Assembly (NCBI GenBank): GCA_947444055.1
Contig: CANEYR010000005.1
Coordinates: 20,697-84,696, forward strand
Origin: Planctomycetota bacterium
Lineage (GTDB): Bacteria > Planctomycetota > UBA1135 > UBA2386
Reading direction: 5' to 3'
DNA length: 64,000 nucleotides
The notes under the pieces were generated by a model that had not been told where the DNA came from, did no database searches, and was given only the letters and a program-made list of their open reading frames with translations. The position numbers and the translations under genes were made by a program. Position 1 is the stretch's first letter. Each line of letters starts with the position of its first letter. Positions 27,614-37,462 of this stretch are shown piece after piece.

Positions 27614-28696
27614 TCACGGCTCGTTGGCGTCGAGGCGCAGCGAGAACTCGAGCAGTTCGAGATCGGCACTCGCGGCCGTCACAGTGGCGTGCTGCAACGC
27701 TGGCAGCACACACGTGTCGCCACGGCCCAACGCTTCGCCGTTCACGGTCAGCGTGCCGGTCTGTGGCAGCCACAAGCGCAGCGACGCGGCGGTGGCGATG
27801 CGACTGGGTGCGGTCGATGCATCGCGGCGCAGCACGCGCACGCCAACTCGCCCGTTGGTCGCGTCGGCGATGCCGCAGTCGCGTTCGACCAAGCCAGCGT
27901 CCGCGGCGGCGCGGGTTGGGCTGGCGCTGGCAACGTGATGATGGCAGCGCTGGCCCGAGAACGTTCGGTCGGCGTGGCGTGTGCTCGTCGGCAACGTCAT
28001 CTCGTGGTCGACGCAGGTGACGTGTTCGGCCGGCGACGCGACTTCGATCACTTCGAAGCCGTCGCTGCATTCGAGCACCCGATGGCGAAGCTGCGGCGGC
28101 TGCACGACGCAGTCGCCGACGTGCAGGACAAACGGCGGGCCCTGGTCTTGGTAGACCACGCGAACCCAGCCGGCGATCACGTAGAGCACCTGGGCCTGCA
28201 CATGGTGAAAGTGCACGTAGTCGGGAACCGGTCCGCCGCGCGCGACGCGAATGTGCGACACGATCACCGCGCCGCCAAGGCGGTCGGGCAGCAGGTCGCG
28301 ATAGGCCATGCCGGCGCGCCCGTCGTGAAAGCCGCCGAGGTCGTGCGCGCGCCAGATCCGGAAGGTTGGCGTGGTCTTCGTGATCGCTTGCGGGTGGAGA
28401 GGTCGACCGAGTTCGACGCAGGCGCCGTTCGGTGCCTGCAAGGTGCGCCGCTCGTCAGCAGGCAATCGCAGATGACCGCCACCATCGCGCTCGCTGCGTC
28501 GCAAGCACACGGTCAGTCCGAACGCCGACAGTTCGACCTGGCGAGGGGCGTCGGCCGGAAACACGCGGTCGAGGCGAAAACCCAGGGTCGCGAAGAACCG
28601 TTGGTTCGCGTCGAGGTCACGGCAAGCGAGCACGACGCCGGCGGGTAGTTCCTGTGGCACCGCGACAACGTAGTGGTTGCGGCTGGGTGCGCCCAC
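27614..28696 (-). CDS. VOC/glyoxalase-like plus cupin domain protein
   Basis: N-terminal 'DLDANQRFFATLGFRL'; cupin motifs 'VHFHH..AQVLYV..GWV' and 'GDCVVQPP..RHRVLE'. Confidence 0.75.
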   Translation of the reverse strand: MGAPSRNHYVVAVPQELPAGVVLACRDLDANQRFFATLGFRLDRVFPADAPRQVELSAFGLTVCLRRSERDGGGHLRLPADERRTLQAPNGACVELGRPLHPQAITKTTPTFRIWRAHDLGGFHDGRAGMAYRDLLPDRLGGAVIVSHIRVARGGPVPDYVHFHHVQAQVLYVIAGWVRVVYQDQGPPFVLHVGDCVVQPPQLRHRVLECSDGFEVIEVASPAEHVTCVDHEMTLPTSTRHADRTFSGQRCHHHVASASPTRAAADAGLVERDCGIADATNGRVGVRVLRRDASTAPSRIATAASLRLWLPQTGTLTVNGEALGRGDTCVLPALQHATVTAASADLELLEFSLRLDANEP

Positions 28697-28761
28697 TCGC
28701 CGCTGGCGCCGTCCGTGGGGCAGGCGCTTGCGCTTTCGCTAGCGGGCGGTAACCAAGCGCC

Positions 28762-30228
28762 TTGATGACTTCGAGTTCGGCCTCTTCCTTGCCCGCTGCC
28801 GTGCCAGTCGGCGAGCCGCGTGATGCTCTCGCTCCACCTCGCTGGGCGCTGTGGCAGTTGCTGGGCTTCCGCTACCTGCTGTGCCACTGCCTGCTCTATT
28901 CGCTGCCGCGGCCCTTCTCGTTGCTGCTCAACACGATTGGCGAGGGCTTTGGTTATCTGGCGATGGAGTTCGAATGGCAGTGGCTGCGCGAAGGGCCGTT
29001 CCGCTGGCCAACGGACGCGGCGACCCAGTTGGCGAAGGTCGAGTCGTGGTGGGGCGAGCTGACGATGTGGTTCAGCGACCACAAGCTGACGCCGGTCGAA
29101 GTGATCATCCAGCCATCCGGCAGTGGCGACACCGCGCACGACTTCGTCAAGCTCGCTTGCATCGTGGCCATCTCGCTGTTGGTGACGACGCTGTGGTCGC
29201 TGCTCCCCCTTAGCCGTCGCGGCTACCCGCGCCTTGGTCGCTGGCTGCACTTGTTCGCGCGCTGGGACCTGGCGTTCTGGATGCTGACCTACGGGGTGGT
29301 GAAGTTCTACTCCGGCCAATTCGGCGAGGTCGGCCTCACGAGTATGACGCAGGAGATCGGTGACAAGTCGCCGATGGGCATGGTGTGGTTGTTCATGGCG
29401 GCGTCGAAGCCCTACGAGTTGTTTGGTGGGGCATGCGAAGTGCTCGGCGGGCTCTTGCTGTTTCACCGACGCACGGCGCTGCTCGGTTGCTTCGTCGCGA
29501 TTGCCGTGATGACGAACGTCTGCGCGCTGAACTGGCTCTACGACGTGCCGGTCAAACTGTTCTCGACGCACCTGTGGCTCTACGCCGTGTTCTTGCTGGC
29601 TCCCTACGGCTCGCGGCTGTGGGCATTGTTCGGCAGCAACCGACCGTCGAGCCCCGTCGACCTCGCCGTCGTCAAACGCCCATGGCTGGTGTGGACGTTG
29701 GCGGTGTTTGGCTGGAGCTGGGCAGTGTGCGCACTGGTGCAGTCGCACTTCCAGAACATGAAGGCCATGGCCAACCGCGAGGAAATGCAAGGGGTGAGGC
29801 CCGAGCTCTACGGCCTCTGGAACGTCGAGAAGATGCTGCTCGAAGGCGTCGAGGTGCCGCTGGCGGACGCAATGCTCTGGAAGTCTCTCTCGATCGATCG
29901 CGGTGGCCGCGCGGTCGCGCGCGAGACGACGGGTCGCCAGCACACGTTCACGCACAAGGAGGACGTCGCCGCTGGCGTCTTGAGCATGAAGGTGGGTGCG
30001 GGCAAGGCGGAGGACTGGACGTTCACGCGTGGCACCAAGCGGGTGAAGGTCGCGCATCCCGAGCCGCGCACGATGAAGGACTACCGCAAGCAAGTCAGCG
30101 CCGAGCGGCGCACGCTGGTGTTGAAGGGCAAGTGGGGCGACCGCCAAATCGAGCTGCACACCGTCGAGCGGGTGTTCGTGTTGGAGCGCGGTTTCCACTG
30201 GGTGCAAGAACTGCCGTTCCATCGCTGA
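28762..30228 (+). CDS. DoxX-like multi-pass membrane protein
   Basis: 'SGSGDT', 'YG..KF...QF', 'SPMG.VW.FMA.S..YELFGG..EVLGG.LL' and 'NWLYDVPVKLFS'. Confidence 0.75.
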   Translation: MMTSSSASSLPAAVPVGEPRDALAPPRWALWQLLGFRYLLCHCLLYSLPRPFSLLLNTIGEGFGYLAMEFEWQWLREGPFRWPTDAATQLAKVESWWGELTMWFSDHKLTPVEVIIQPSGSGDTAHDFVKLACIVAISLLVTTLWSLLPLSRRGYPRLGRWLHLFARWDLAFWMLTYGVVKFYSGQFGEVGLTSMTQEIGDKSPMGMVWLFMAASKPYELFGGACEVLGGLLLFHRRTALLGCFVAIAVMTNVCALNWLYDVPVKLFSTHLWLYAVFLLAPYGSRLWALFGSNRPSSPVDLAVVKRPWLVWTLAVFGWSWAVCALVQSHFQNMKAMANREEMQGVRPELYGLWNVEKMLLEGVEVPLADAMLWKSLSIDRGGRAVARETTGRQHTFTHKEDVAAGVLSMKVGAGKAEDWTFTRGTKRVKVAHPEPRTMKDYRKQVSAERRTLVLKGKWGDRQIELHTVERVFVLERGFHWVQELPFHR

Positions 30229-30764
30229 TGGCCATGGACATCACACAAGTGCTGGCGGCACCACTGCAAGACGCGAACGGCAAGGCGACGACGCTGCGCC
30301 AACAACTCGGCGAGCGGGCGACAGTGATCGTGTTCTTGCGCCACTTCGGTTGACTGTTTTGCCGCGAGCGTGCGTCGCAGTTGCGAACGCGGGAGCAGGA
30401 GTTGTTGGCGGCCGGCGCGCGCGTGCTCTTCGTCGGCACCGGGCTGCCGGCGATGGCGGCGGACTTCGCGCGCACACACGCTGGCCAGCACGCGGTGTTC
30501 AGTGATGCGCAGCGCCAAGCCTTCGGCGCGGCAGGTCTGCGGCGTTCGTGGTGGGCGTTCCTGCATTGGCGGTTTGTCGCCAACCTGTGGCGCGCGCTTT
30601 GCTGCGGCTTCCGTCAGGGTCGCATCGAAGGGGATGCGCTGCAGCAGGGCGGGGTGTTGGTGGTCGACGCGCGTGGGCAGGCGCTGCTGGCGATGGCCGA
30701 CGCGGCGATGGGGGATCGGCTGGATCTTGGCGCGATCGTTACGGCGGCGAGGCCGTCGGGCTGA
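30228..30764 (+). CDS. Selenocysteine-containing peroxiredoxin-like (AhpC/TSA-2, SelU/SelL-like) protein, 178 aa, UxxC
   Basis: The frame continues across TGA 30351-30353, giving FLRHFG-U-LFCRE in the position of the family CxxC; downstream 'GDALQQGGVLVVD' motif; ATG overlaps the previous stop. Confidence 0.85.
30354..30398 (+). promoter_or_regulatory. Putative bacterial SECIS hairpin
   Basis: CUGUUU/GAGCAG lower stem, CCGCG/CGCGG, apical UCGC-AGUU-GCGA with G in the loop, which begins 25 nt after UGA. Confidence 0.6.
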
Positions 30765-30967
30765 TCGCGGACCACGATCAGGACCCTGCTCTCTCCCCAG
30801 GCCGGCGACCATCGAAAGCATGCCGCAGCGGGTGGAATGCCATTTGCACACAGCCACGCCTGACTCGTTTCGCCGGTGAATGCTTCGGACGTCCTGCTGT
30901 GGACGGACTCGCCGATGTGTTCGTTCGCACAATTTGCCACAGCTGTCCCGCCACACCGAGAACACCC

Positions 30968-32257
30968 ATGCCTCGAACCATGTCCCACGACCTCGCAGCG
31001 CCGTACCAGCGCATCACCCTCATCCTTGGCGCGCTCGCGATCGGTGGTCTCGTAGCGAGCGAGCTGACAGCCCAAGGCTTGCCGGAGCCCGGGGCATCAG
31101 GCATCGAACACGTCATCGTCGTCACGATGGAGAACCGCTCGTTCGATCACTTCCTCGGGTGGCTGCCGCAGGCGGACGGCAGGCAAGAGGACATCACATA
31201 CCTGGACCAGCTTGGCCTGCCGCGCACGACGTTCCGGCTCGCCCCCGACTTCCAAGGTTGCTCGCATCCGGATCCAGACCACAGCTATCTGGGCGGTCGC
31301 GTCGAGTTCAACAATGGCGCCTGTGACGGCTGGCTGCGCGCCGGCGCCAACGACGAGTTCGCGATCGGCTTCTACAAACGGAATGACCTGAGGTTCTTCA
31401 GCGAGGTCACGCGCCACTGGACCACGTGCGACCGCTACTTCTGCTCGATCATGGCCGAGACGTGGCCGAACAAGATCTACCAGTACGCGGCCCAGACCGA
31501 CCGGCTCACCAACGCCTTCGAGCTGTGCACGCTGCCGACGATCCTGGATCGACTGGCCGCCGCGAACCTCGAGGCGCGCTACTACTTCAGCGACGTGCCG
31601 TTCGTCGCCTTGTGGGGCTTTCAGTACCTGCCGATCTCGCGGCCGTTTTCGGCCTTCCTGGCCGACGCGGCCGCTGGCACGCTGCCGAAGGTCTCCTTCA
31701 TCGACCCGCGCTTCCTCGATGCCGCGAGCGGCACATCGGCGGACGATCACCCGCACGCCGACGTCCGCAATGGGCAGGCGTTCATGCAAAGGATCTACCA
31801 GGCCGTGACGACGAGCCCCAATTGGCCGCACACGGTGTTGGTCTTCACTTACGACGAGTGGGGTGGGTTCTTCGATCACGTGCCGCCGCCGGTGCGGGCG
31901 ATCCCGCTCGGCGACCAACTGGCCGGCAGCGATGGCCGGCTCGGCTTCCGCGTCCCCTGCATCGTCGTCTCCCCGTTCGCCACCGCGCGCGTCTCAAGTA
32001 TCGAGCTGGAGCACTGCTCCGTGCTGCGCATGATCGAGTGGCGATGGAACCTGCAGCCGCTGACCGTGCGTGATGCGACCGCGAACAACCTCGCCGAAGT
32101 GCTCGACTTCTCGGTGAACCGGCTACAGCCTCGGCAGATCAACGTGCCGCAGGGCCCGTTTGGCGCGCCCTGCCCGGGCATTCCCGGCGGCGGCGACAAG
32201 TGGGCCTTCCTGCGCCTTCTGGCGATCTCGTTCGGCTGGCCCAACTGGCCGAACTGA
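30968..32257 (+). CDS. Phosphoesterase family (phospholipase C / acid phosphatase) protein
   Basis: IEHVIVVTMENRSFDH, TWPN, DDHP, TYDEWGGFFDHV, GFRVP..VVSP; start 30968 or 30980. Confidence 0.9.
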   Translation: MPRTMSHDLAAPYQRITLILGALAIGGLVASELTAQGLPEPGASGIEHVIVVTMENRSFDHFLGWLPQADGRQEDITYLDQLGLPRTTFRLAPDFQGCSHPDPDHSYLGGRVEFNNGACDGWLRAGANDEFAIGFYKRNDLRFFSEVTRHWTTCDRYFCSIMAETWPNKIYQYAAQTDRLTNAFELCTLPTILDRLAAANLEARYYFSDVPFVALWGFQYLPISRPFSAFLADAAAGTLPKVSFIDPRFLDAASGTSADDHPHADVRNGQAFMQRIYQAVTTSPNWPHTVLVFTYDEWGGFFDHVPPPVRAIPLGDQLAGSDGRLGFRVPCIVVSPFATARVSSIELEHCSVLRMIEWRWNLQPLTVRDATANNLAEVLDFSVNRLQPRQINVPQGPFGAPCPGIPGGGDKWAFLRLLAISFGWPNWPN

Positions 32258-32387
32258 CCCAGCTCCCAGAGGCTGGCCTCGGCAGTGCCGCGGGCAGCAA
32301 CGGATCGCCCGACAACGAGGCCACCGACTGCCGAGGGACGTCGACGGCGGTGCGCTTCGAGCACGAACCAACCGACGAGAGTGAGTT

Positions 32388-35300
32388 TCATGCCGACGTC
32401 TCCTTCTGGTGTAGCGACGAACGCGCGGCGCGCAGTTGCGTCAACGCCGCGGGCAAAGCGTATTGCTCGCCAGAATCGCCGGCAAGAAAGCGGCCGCCGC
32501 GTACATCGCCGCGCAACTCCATTCCTCGCAGGGCACGCAGCAACAGCCGCCAAGGCACCGGGAACTTGTCGTGCAGCAGACGGGAATGGCTGACGACGCC
32601 GAGTCGGTGCAGCAAGGCGCGCGCACACAACTCGATCGCCGCTTCACTCGCGCGCGTCTCTGCAGGCGGCAGCGGCAACAGGCTCCAGCGGCCGACGGCA
32701 TACAGCGGGAACGCGCGCCGGCTGGGCGGAATCGCCAATTGCCGCATCGCCGCGAATGAGTCGCAGGTCGCGAGCCCGAGCCCGACCAGTTCGCCGAGGC
32801 CCTCTTCCACTTGGCTCGGCAACAACCGGCTCTGCGCCTGCAGATCCGTGGGGAACAAGGCGCCGCGCTGCGTCAACAAGTCGAACAACGTACGCCCTGC
32901 GGCGCCGAGATCGGTCGCGACCGCGCGTTCGAGCGGCAGCTCGAGCCATGCCGACAGCTCCGCGCGCGGCAACACGCTGATGCCACAGCGGCCCAATGGC
33001 CCGCGCCATGGTCCCCAAAGTCGCAGCCACACGAACTCGCCAGCGAGCGTGCACTGATCGAGCCATTCGCGGTGGTAGCGGTCGAGGTGGCGCGGCAGCA
33101 CGTCGTCCTCCCATTCACTGCTCGGCAAACTGGCACCCGCCAACTGTTGCAGGGTCTCGGCGAGCCCGCGCGGGCCCGAGCGCGCCGTGTGCGCATTGGC
33201 GTGTTGCCAGGCGGGAAGGAACTGTTCGTAGTCAGCTTGGCTGACCGGCTGCACCGCGGCGCGCAGGCGCTCGAGCATGTTGGCGCGGCAGCGCGCCAGC
33301 AGCCGACGGTGGGCCCACAGCGCGCGGCCGCCGCAGCTGGCTCGCATCGCGATGCCTTCCGCTTGCAACCGGCGCAGTGTCTCGTCGTCGTCCGGCGCCA
33401 ACGAATCGCACCACAGCGGGAACACCGCCTCGAGTCGCCCGCGCCATGCAGCGACCAGTTCGCGGCTGCTCTCCGCGGCAAACCAGCGATCGCCGTCGGC
33501 GATGGCGCGCCCGTCGGCGGCCAGTTCATCGAGCCACGGTTGCCACGCGGGTGTGACTTCGGCGACGGCGAGCCAACCCATCCAGCCCAGCGCTTCGTGC
33601 AGTTCGGCGGCCGAACGCGGGTCGGGCCAACACTGCTCTTGCACGAGGCGCACCGCCAAGGCGTCGAGTTCGCTGTCGCCGTGGTCGCTGCCGCGGTGGC
33701 GGGCACCACGCTGGGCCGTGGTCACGGCCTGCGTGCGTCGTTCTTCTAGCGGCGCGTCATCGAGAAACGCGTAGGGCATCGCATGCAGAATGCTGTCGGC
33801 GAACGGCGACGGGCTGGCGGCGTCGACTTCGCGCAGCGCGATGTCGCCTTCGCGGATGCGCGTCAACAACGCCAGCAAGCCATCGATGTCCATCGCTTCA
33901 TGCAGCGCGTCATGCACGGTCTGCGCCACGATCGGGTGTTCGAGCGGCACCTCGATGGGGCCCGGCGGCAAGGTCTCGGGACACGCTTGGGCGGCGGGGA
34001 AGGCGGCGGCGAGGGCGTCGTCGGCGCGAAAGCGCAGCAGGGGTGCTGGCACCTTCTTGCCGGAACGAAAGCGTTCGACCAGCAGCGAGCGCGCGACGTT
34101 CCATCGCCATCGCGCTTGGAACATCGGCGCTGGCAGCATCGCCTGGATGAGCACGTCCTGCGCGGTGTTGGGGTGCAGGTAGCTCCAGACGTCGGCGAGC
34201 TCGAAGCTGTGCATCGGGCCGAGCGAGATGAGCAGCGCTTCTTCGTTGGCCGCGGCCTGCAGTTCATAGCCAAAGCCGACGCAGAAGCGCTTGCGCAGGG
34301 CCAGCCCAAAGGCGCGATTGACGCGGCTGCCGAACGGACTGTGCAGCACGAGCTGTTGGCCGCCGGTTTCGTCGAAGAAGCGTTCGAGCACGAGTTGCTC
34401 GTGGCTGGGCATGGCGCCGAGCGCGGTGAGCCCGCTCTGCAAGTAGCTCGCGAGTTGCTCGGCGTCGGCTGGCAGGAGGCCGCACTCGGCGACCAGCCAC
34501 GTGGGGTCGATGCCGCGTGTGCGCACGGTCGACACCGCCCGGCACAGTTCCTGCGAACGCGAGGGCCCTTCCGCAACCCAGAACGGCAAGCTCGGTGGCA
34601 CGCCGAGTGCATCGGCGACGCGCAACTGGCCCGAGGCGATGCGGCGAATCTGCCAACTGGCGGTGCCGAGTTGGAAGACGTCGCCGACCGAACTCTCGAT
34701 CGCGAAGTCCTCGTGCACGGTGCCGATCAACGAGTCGTCGTGGTCCTGCACGACTTGCCAATCGGCGACATCGGGAATGGCGCCGCCACACAGGATCGCG
34801 GTGAGTCGCGCGCGCCGCGTGGCGCGCACCGTGTGGTGGATGCTGTCGCGGTGCAACAAGGCGGCGCGGCCACCGGCATGCATCGCCAACACCTGATCGA
34901 AGCGTTCGCGCGGCAGTTCGCGGTACGGCCAGGCGGTGCGCACGCGCGCGAACAGGTCGTCTTCGTCGAAGGTGGTATCGCAGCACCACGCGACGACTTG
35001 TTGCGCCAGGATGTCGAGCGCGTTGCTCGGCTGCACGGTGCGGTCGAGTTCGCCCTGGCGCAGCGCGAACATCAGGGCGGTGCTGGTGACCAGTTCATCG
35101 CGCGTCAGCGGAAACAGCCGACCCTTGGGCGTCTTCGCCAGCGAGTGGCCAGCGCGGCCGACCCGCTGCAAGAAGGCGGCGATCGACGACGTCGGGCCGA
35201 TCTGGATCACCAAGTCGACATCGCCGATGTCGATGCCGAGTTCGAGCGAACTGGTGGCGACGAGTGCCTTCAGTTGGCCGTGCTTCAGTTGCTGTTCGGC

Positions 35301-36218
35301 GGCGAGTCGCCGTGCTTTCGACAACGAGCCGTGGTGGCTGGTCACCAGATCCTTGCCGACGACTTCGGCCAGACGCGCCGCCACCCGTTCGGCCATCTTG
35401 CGCGTGTTGGCGAACACCAACGTCGTGCGATGCTGCGCGATCAGGTGCTGCATGCGGGCGAAGACTTCCGCCCAGATCTCGCCGGAACAAATCGTGTCGA
35501 GCGGGGCGCCGGGCAGTTCGAGGGCGACATCGAGTTCGCGGCGATGGCCGATGTCGACGACGGCGCATGGGCGGCCGGCGCCAACCAGCAGGCCGGCGGT
35601 GGCTTCGATCGGGCGCTGGGTCGCCGACAAGCCGATGCGTTGCAGGGCGCCACCATGTTGCTGCACGAGGTGCTCCAGCCGTTCGCTGGTGAGTGCGAAG
35701 TGGCTGCCGCGCTTGCTCGCCGCCAACGCATGGATCTCGTCGACGATCAGCGTGCGCGCGCTCTGCAGCATGGCGCGACCGCGTTGGGTCGTCAGCAGGA
35801 TGGCGAGCGACTCCGGCGTCGTGACGAGAATGTGCGGCGGCGTCTTCACCATGGCCGCGCGTTCGGCCGCTGGCGTGTCACCGGAGCGCACCGACACCCG
35901 CACGGTCGGCAGCGTCGCATCGCGTTCGCGCAGTTCGGCGAGCGGTTGCTGCAGGTTCTTCTGCACGTCGTTGGCCAGCGCGCGCAGCGGCGACACGTAG
36001 ACCACTTGCAGGGTGGCAGGCAGGGCGTCGCCTTGCCGCAGCAAACCATCGAGCGCGTGCAGGAACGCCGCGAGGGTCTTGCCCGAACCCGTGGGGGCGG
36101 CGATCAGTACGTGTTCGCCGGCCGCGATGTGGGGCCAGCCAGCGCGCTGTGGTGCGGAAGGCTCACCGAGGCGATCGGCAAACCAGCTGGCGATGGTTGG
36201 GTGGAAGGCCGCGAGCAC
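32388..36218 (-). CDS. lhr: Lhr-family ATP-dependent helicase
   Basis: APTGSGKT, TTPESL, DEIH, GLSAT, SLELGIDIG, QRVGRAGH, plus the Lhr C-terminal region ('RGGRF..G..GEQYA'). Confidence 0.92.
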   Translation of the reverse strand: MLAAFHPTIASWFADRLGEPSAPQRAGWPHIAAGEHVLIAAPTGSGKTLAAFLHALDGLLRQGDALPATLQVVYVSPLRALANDVQKNLQQPLAELRERDATLPTVRVSVRSGDTPAAERAAMVKTPPHILVTTPESLAILLTTQRGRAMLQSARTLIVDEIHALAASKRGSHFALTSERLEHLVQQHGGALQRIGLSATQRPIEATAGLLVGAGRPCAVVDIGHRRELDVALELPGAPLDTICSGEIWAEVFARMQHLIAQHRTTLVFANTRKMAERVAARLAEVVGKDLVTSHHGSLSKARRLAAEQQLKHGQLKALVATSSLELGIDIGDVDLVIQIGPTSSIAAFLQRVGRAGHSLAKTPKGRLFPLTRDELVTSTALMFALRQGELDRTVQPSNALDILAQQVVAWCCDTTFDEDDLFARVRTAWPYRELPRERFDQVLAMHAGGRAALLHRDSIHHTVRATRRARLTAILCGGAIPDVADWQVVQDHDDSLIGTVHEDFAIESSVGDVFQLGTASWQIRRIASGQLRVADALGVPPSLPFWVAEGPSRSQELCRAVSTVRTRGIDPTWLVAECGLLPADAEQLASYLQSGLTALGAMPSHEQLVLERFFDETGGQQLVLHSPFGSRVNRAFGLALRKRFCVGFGYELQAAANEEALLISLGPMHSFELADVWSYLHPNTAQDVLIQAMLPAPMFQARWRWNVARSLLVERFRSGKKVPAPLLRFRADDALAAAFPAAQACPETLPPGPIEVPLEHPIVAQTVHDALHEAMDIDGLLALLTRIREGDIALREVDAASPSPFADSILHAMPYAFLDDAPLEERRTQAVTTAQRGARHRGSDHGDSELDALAVRLVQEQCWPDPRSAAELHEALGWMGWLAVAEVTPAWQPWLDELAADGRAIADGDRWFAAESSRELVAAWRGRLEAVFPLWCDSLAPDDDETLRRLQAEGIAMRASCGGRALWAHRRLLARCRANMLERLRAAVQPVSQADYEQFLPAWQHANAHTARSGPRGLAETLQQLAGASLPSSEWEDDVLPRHLDRYHREWLDQCTLAGEFVWLRLWGPWRGPLGRCGISVLPRAELSAWLELPLERAVATDLGAAGRTLFDLLTQRGALFPTDLQAQSRLLPSQVEEGLGELVGLGLATCDSFAAMRQLAIPPSRRAFPLYAVGRWSLLPLPPAETRASEAAIELCARALLHRLGVVSHSRLLHDKFPVPWRLLLRALRGMELRGDVRGGRFLAGDSGEQYALPAALTQLRAARSSLHQKETSA

Positions 36219-36235
36219 CTCGGCACCATAGCGAG

Positions 36236-36589
36236 TTAGACCTTCTTGGCCTTACCGACGTAGTGACGCAGGGCGGCCTTGGTCACGGGCGTGATCTCGG
36301 TGAAGTAGATGGCGATGTCCCACTGCTTCTTCTGGCCCTTGCCCAGCGGCTCGCAGCGCACCACCGCGCCCTTCACTTGGTGGCGCTCGGTGGCGCCCGG
36401 CAGTGCGAAGTCGAGGCCGACCAACGTCATCTCGGGAATCGCGTGGTTGGAGGCGCAGGCCATGCCGATCTCGGAGATGTCGCGCAGCAGCGCCGGCTCG
36501 GCGTCGGGCTTGGTCGACAGTTTGACCGGGAAGGCAGCGAACGCGCGGGTGGCGCGACGACGATCAGATTGTGGTGTCGGCGAAGTCAC
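36236..36589 (-). CDS. Stand-alone PilZ domain protein (c-di-GMP receptor)
   Basis: RRRATR (RxxxR) and DISEIG (DxSxxG); GTG start inferred. Confidence 0.85.
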   Translation of the reverse strand: MTSPTPQSDRRRATRAFAAFPVKLSTKPDAEPALLRDISEIGMACASNHAIPEMTLVGLDFALPGATERHQVKGAVVRCEPLGKGQKKQWDIAIYFTEITPVTKAALRHYVGKAKKV

Positions 36590-36700
36590 GCCGACGGACG
36601 TTAGCGATCTGCGCCTCCGACTTCTAGGATGGGACTGGCAGGCACGTCCCGTACTGGGACGCGCCCGATACCCGACCAACGACGCAACGAGAGTTTCCCC

Positions 36701-37201
36701 GTGGCCAACTTCAACAAAGTCATCCTCCTCGGCAATCTGACCCGCGACATCGAACTGCGGCATACCCAGGGCGGCCAGGCGCTCGCCAAGTTCGGCATGG
36801 CCATCAACCGCAAGTATTCGGTGAACGGCGAGGCCAAGGAGTCGACTTGCTTCGTCGACATCACGGCCTGGGGTCGGCAGGCAGAGGTGTTGAGCCAGTA
36901 CCTGAAGAAAGGCAGCCAACTGTTTGTCGAAGGGCGCCTCGACTTCCAGACCTGGGAGAGCCCCGAGGGCGGCAAACGCAGCAAGCTCGAAGTGGTGTTG
37001 GAGAACTTCCAGTTCGTCGGCGGCAAGGCTGGCGGCGCCGGTGGTGGCGGGGGCGCGCCGGGCGCTGAGGAAGGCGGCGGCGGCGAACGTCGCGCTGGTG
37101 GTGGTGCTGCTGGTGGCGGTGGCGGCGGCGCCCGTCGCCCGGCCCAAGAGGGTGGGGCTGGCGGCGGTGGCGAAGTCGACTACGGCGACATCCCGTTCTG
37201 A
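36701..37201 (+). CDS. ssb: Single-stranded DNA-binding protein
   Basis: NKVILLGNLTRD, KGSQLFVEGRL, Gly-rich linker, C-terminal DIPF. Confidence 0.97.
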   Translation: MANFNKVILLGNLTRDIELRHTQGGQALAKFGMAINRKYSVNGEAKESTCFVDITAWGRQAEVLSQYLKKGSQLFVEGRLDFQTWESPEGGKRSKLEVVLENFQFVGGKAGGAGGGGGAPGAEEGGGGERRAGGGAAGGGGGGARRPAQEGGAGGGGEVDYGDIPF

Positions 37202-37462
37202 AACGGTGGCCTAGCCGCATCGAGCCCGTTGGCTGCTTGACGCATCGTGTGAGGATGCGATGAAAGATTGGCGCCAACGGGCCAGCTTCCAATGGCACGG
37301 CATGTTGGCTAGTCCCTTGCCAGAAGACATTTAGCGGTCGGATCCATCCGCTTCCCGAAACTGGAGTCCGAGCAACCGGCGCCCGCGAGCCTTGCGTATG
37401 GGTGTTTACTGCATACGGTGTTCATCCTCGCCCGGCTCTCACCACCCCGCCGGTTCCACCAC

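Noticed and set aside
30351-30353. Nonsense mutation / pseudogene reading of the TGA
   Set aside because: The TGA sits exactly at the catalytic Cys position and is followed by a SECIS-like hairpin, so Sec is more parsimonious.
37237-37270. TTGACG -35-like element with hairpin CGCATC/GATGCG after ssb
   Set aside because: No -10 at 16-18 bp spacing and no U-tract; cannot be called a promoter or terminator.
37293-37308. TGGCACG sigma54-like promoter
   Set aside because: No TTGC at the -12 position with correct spacing.
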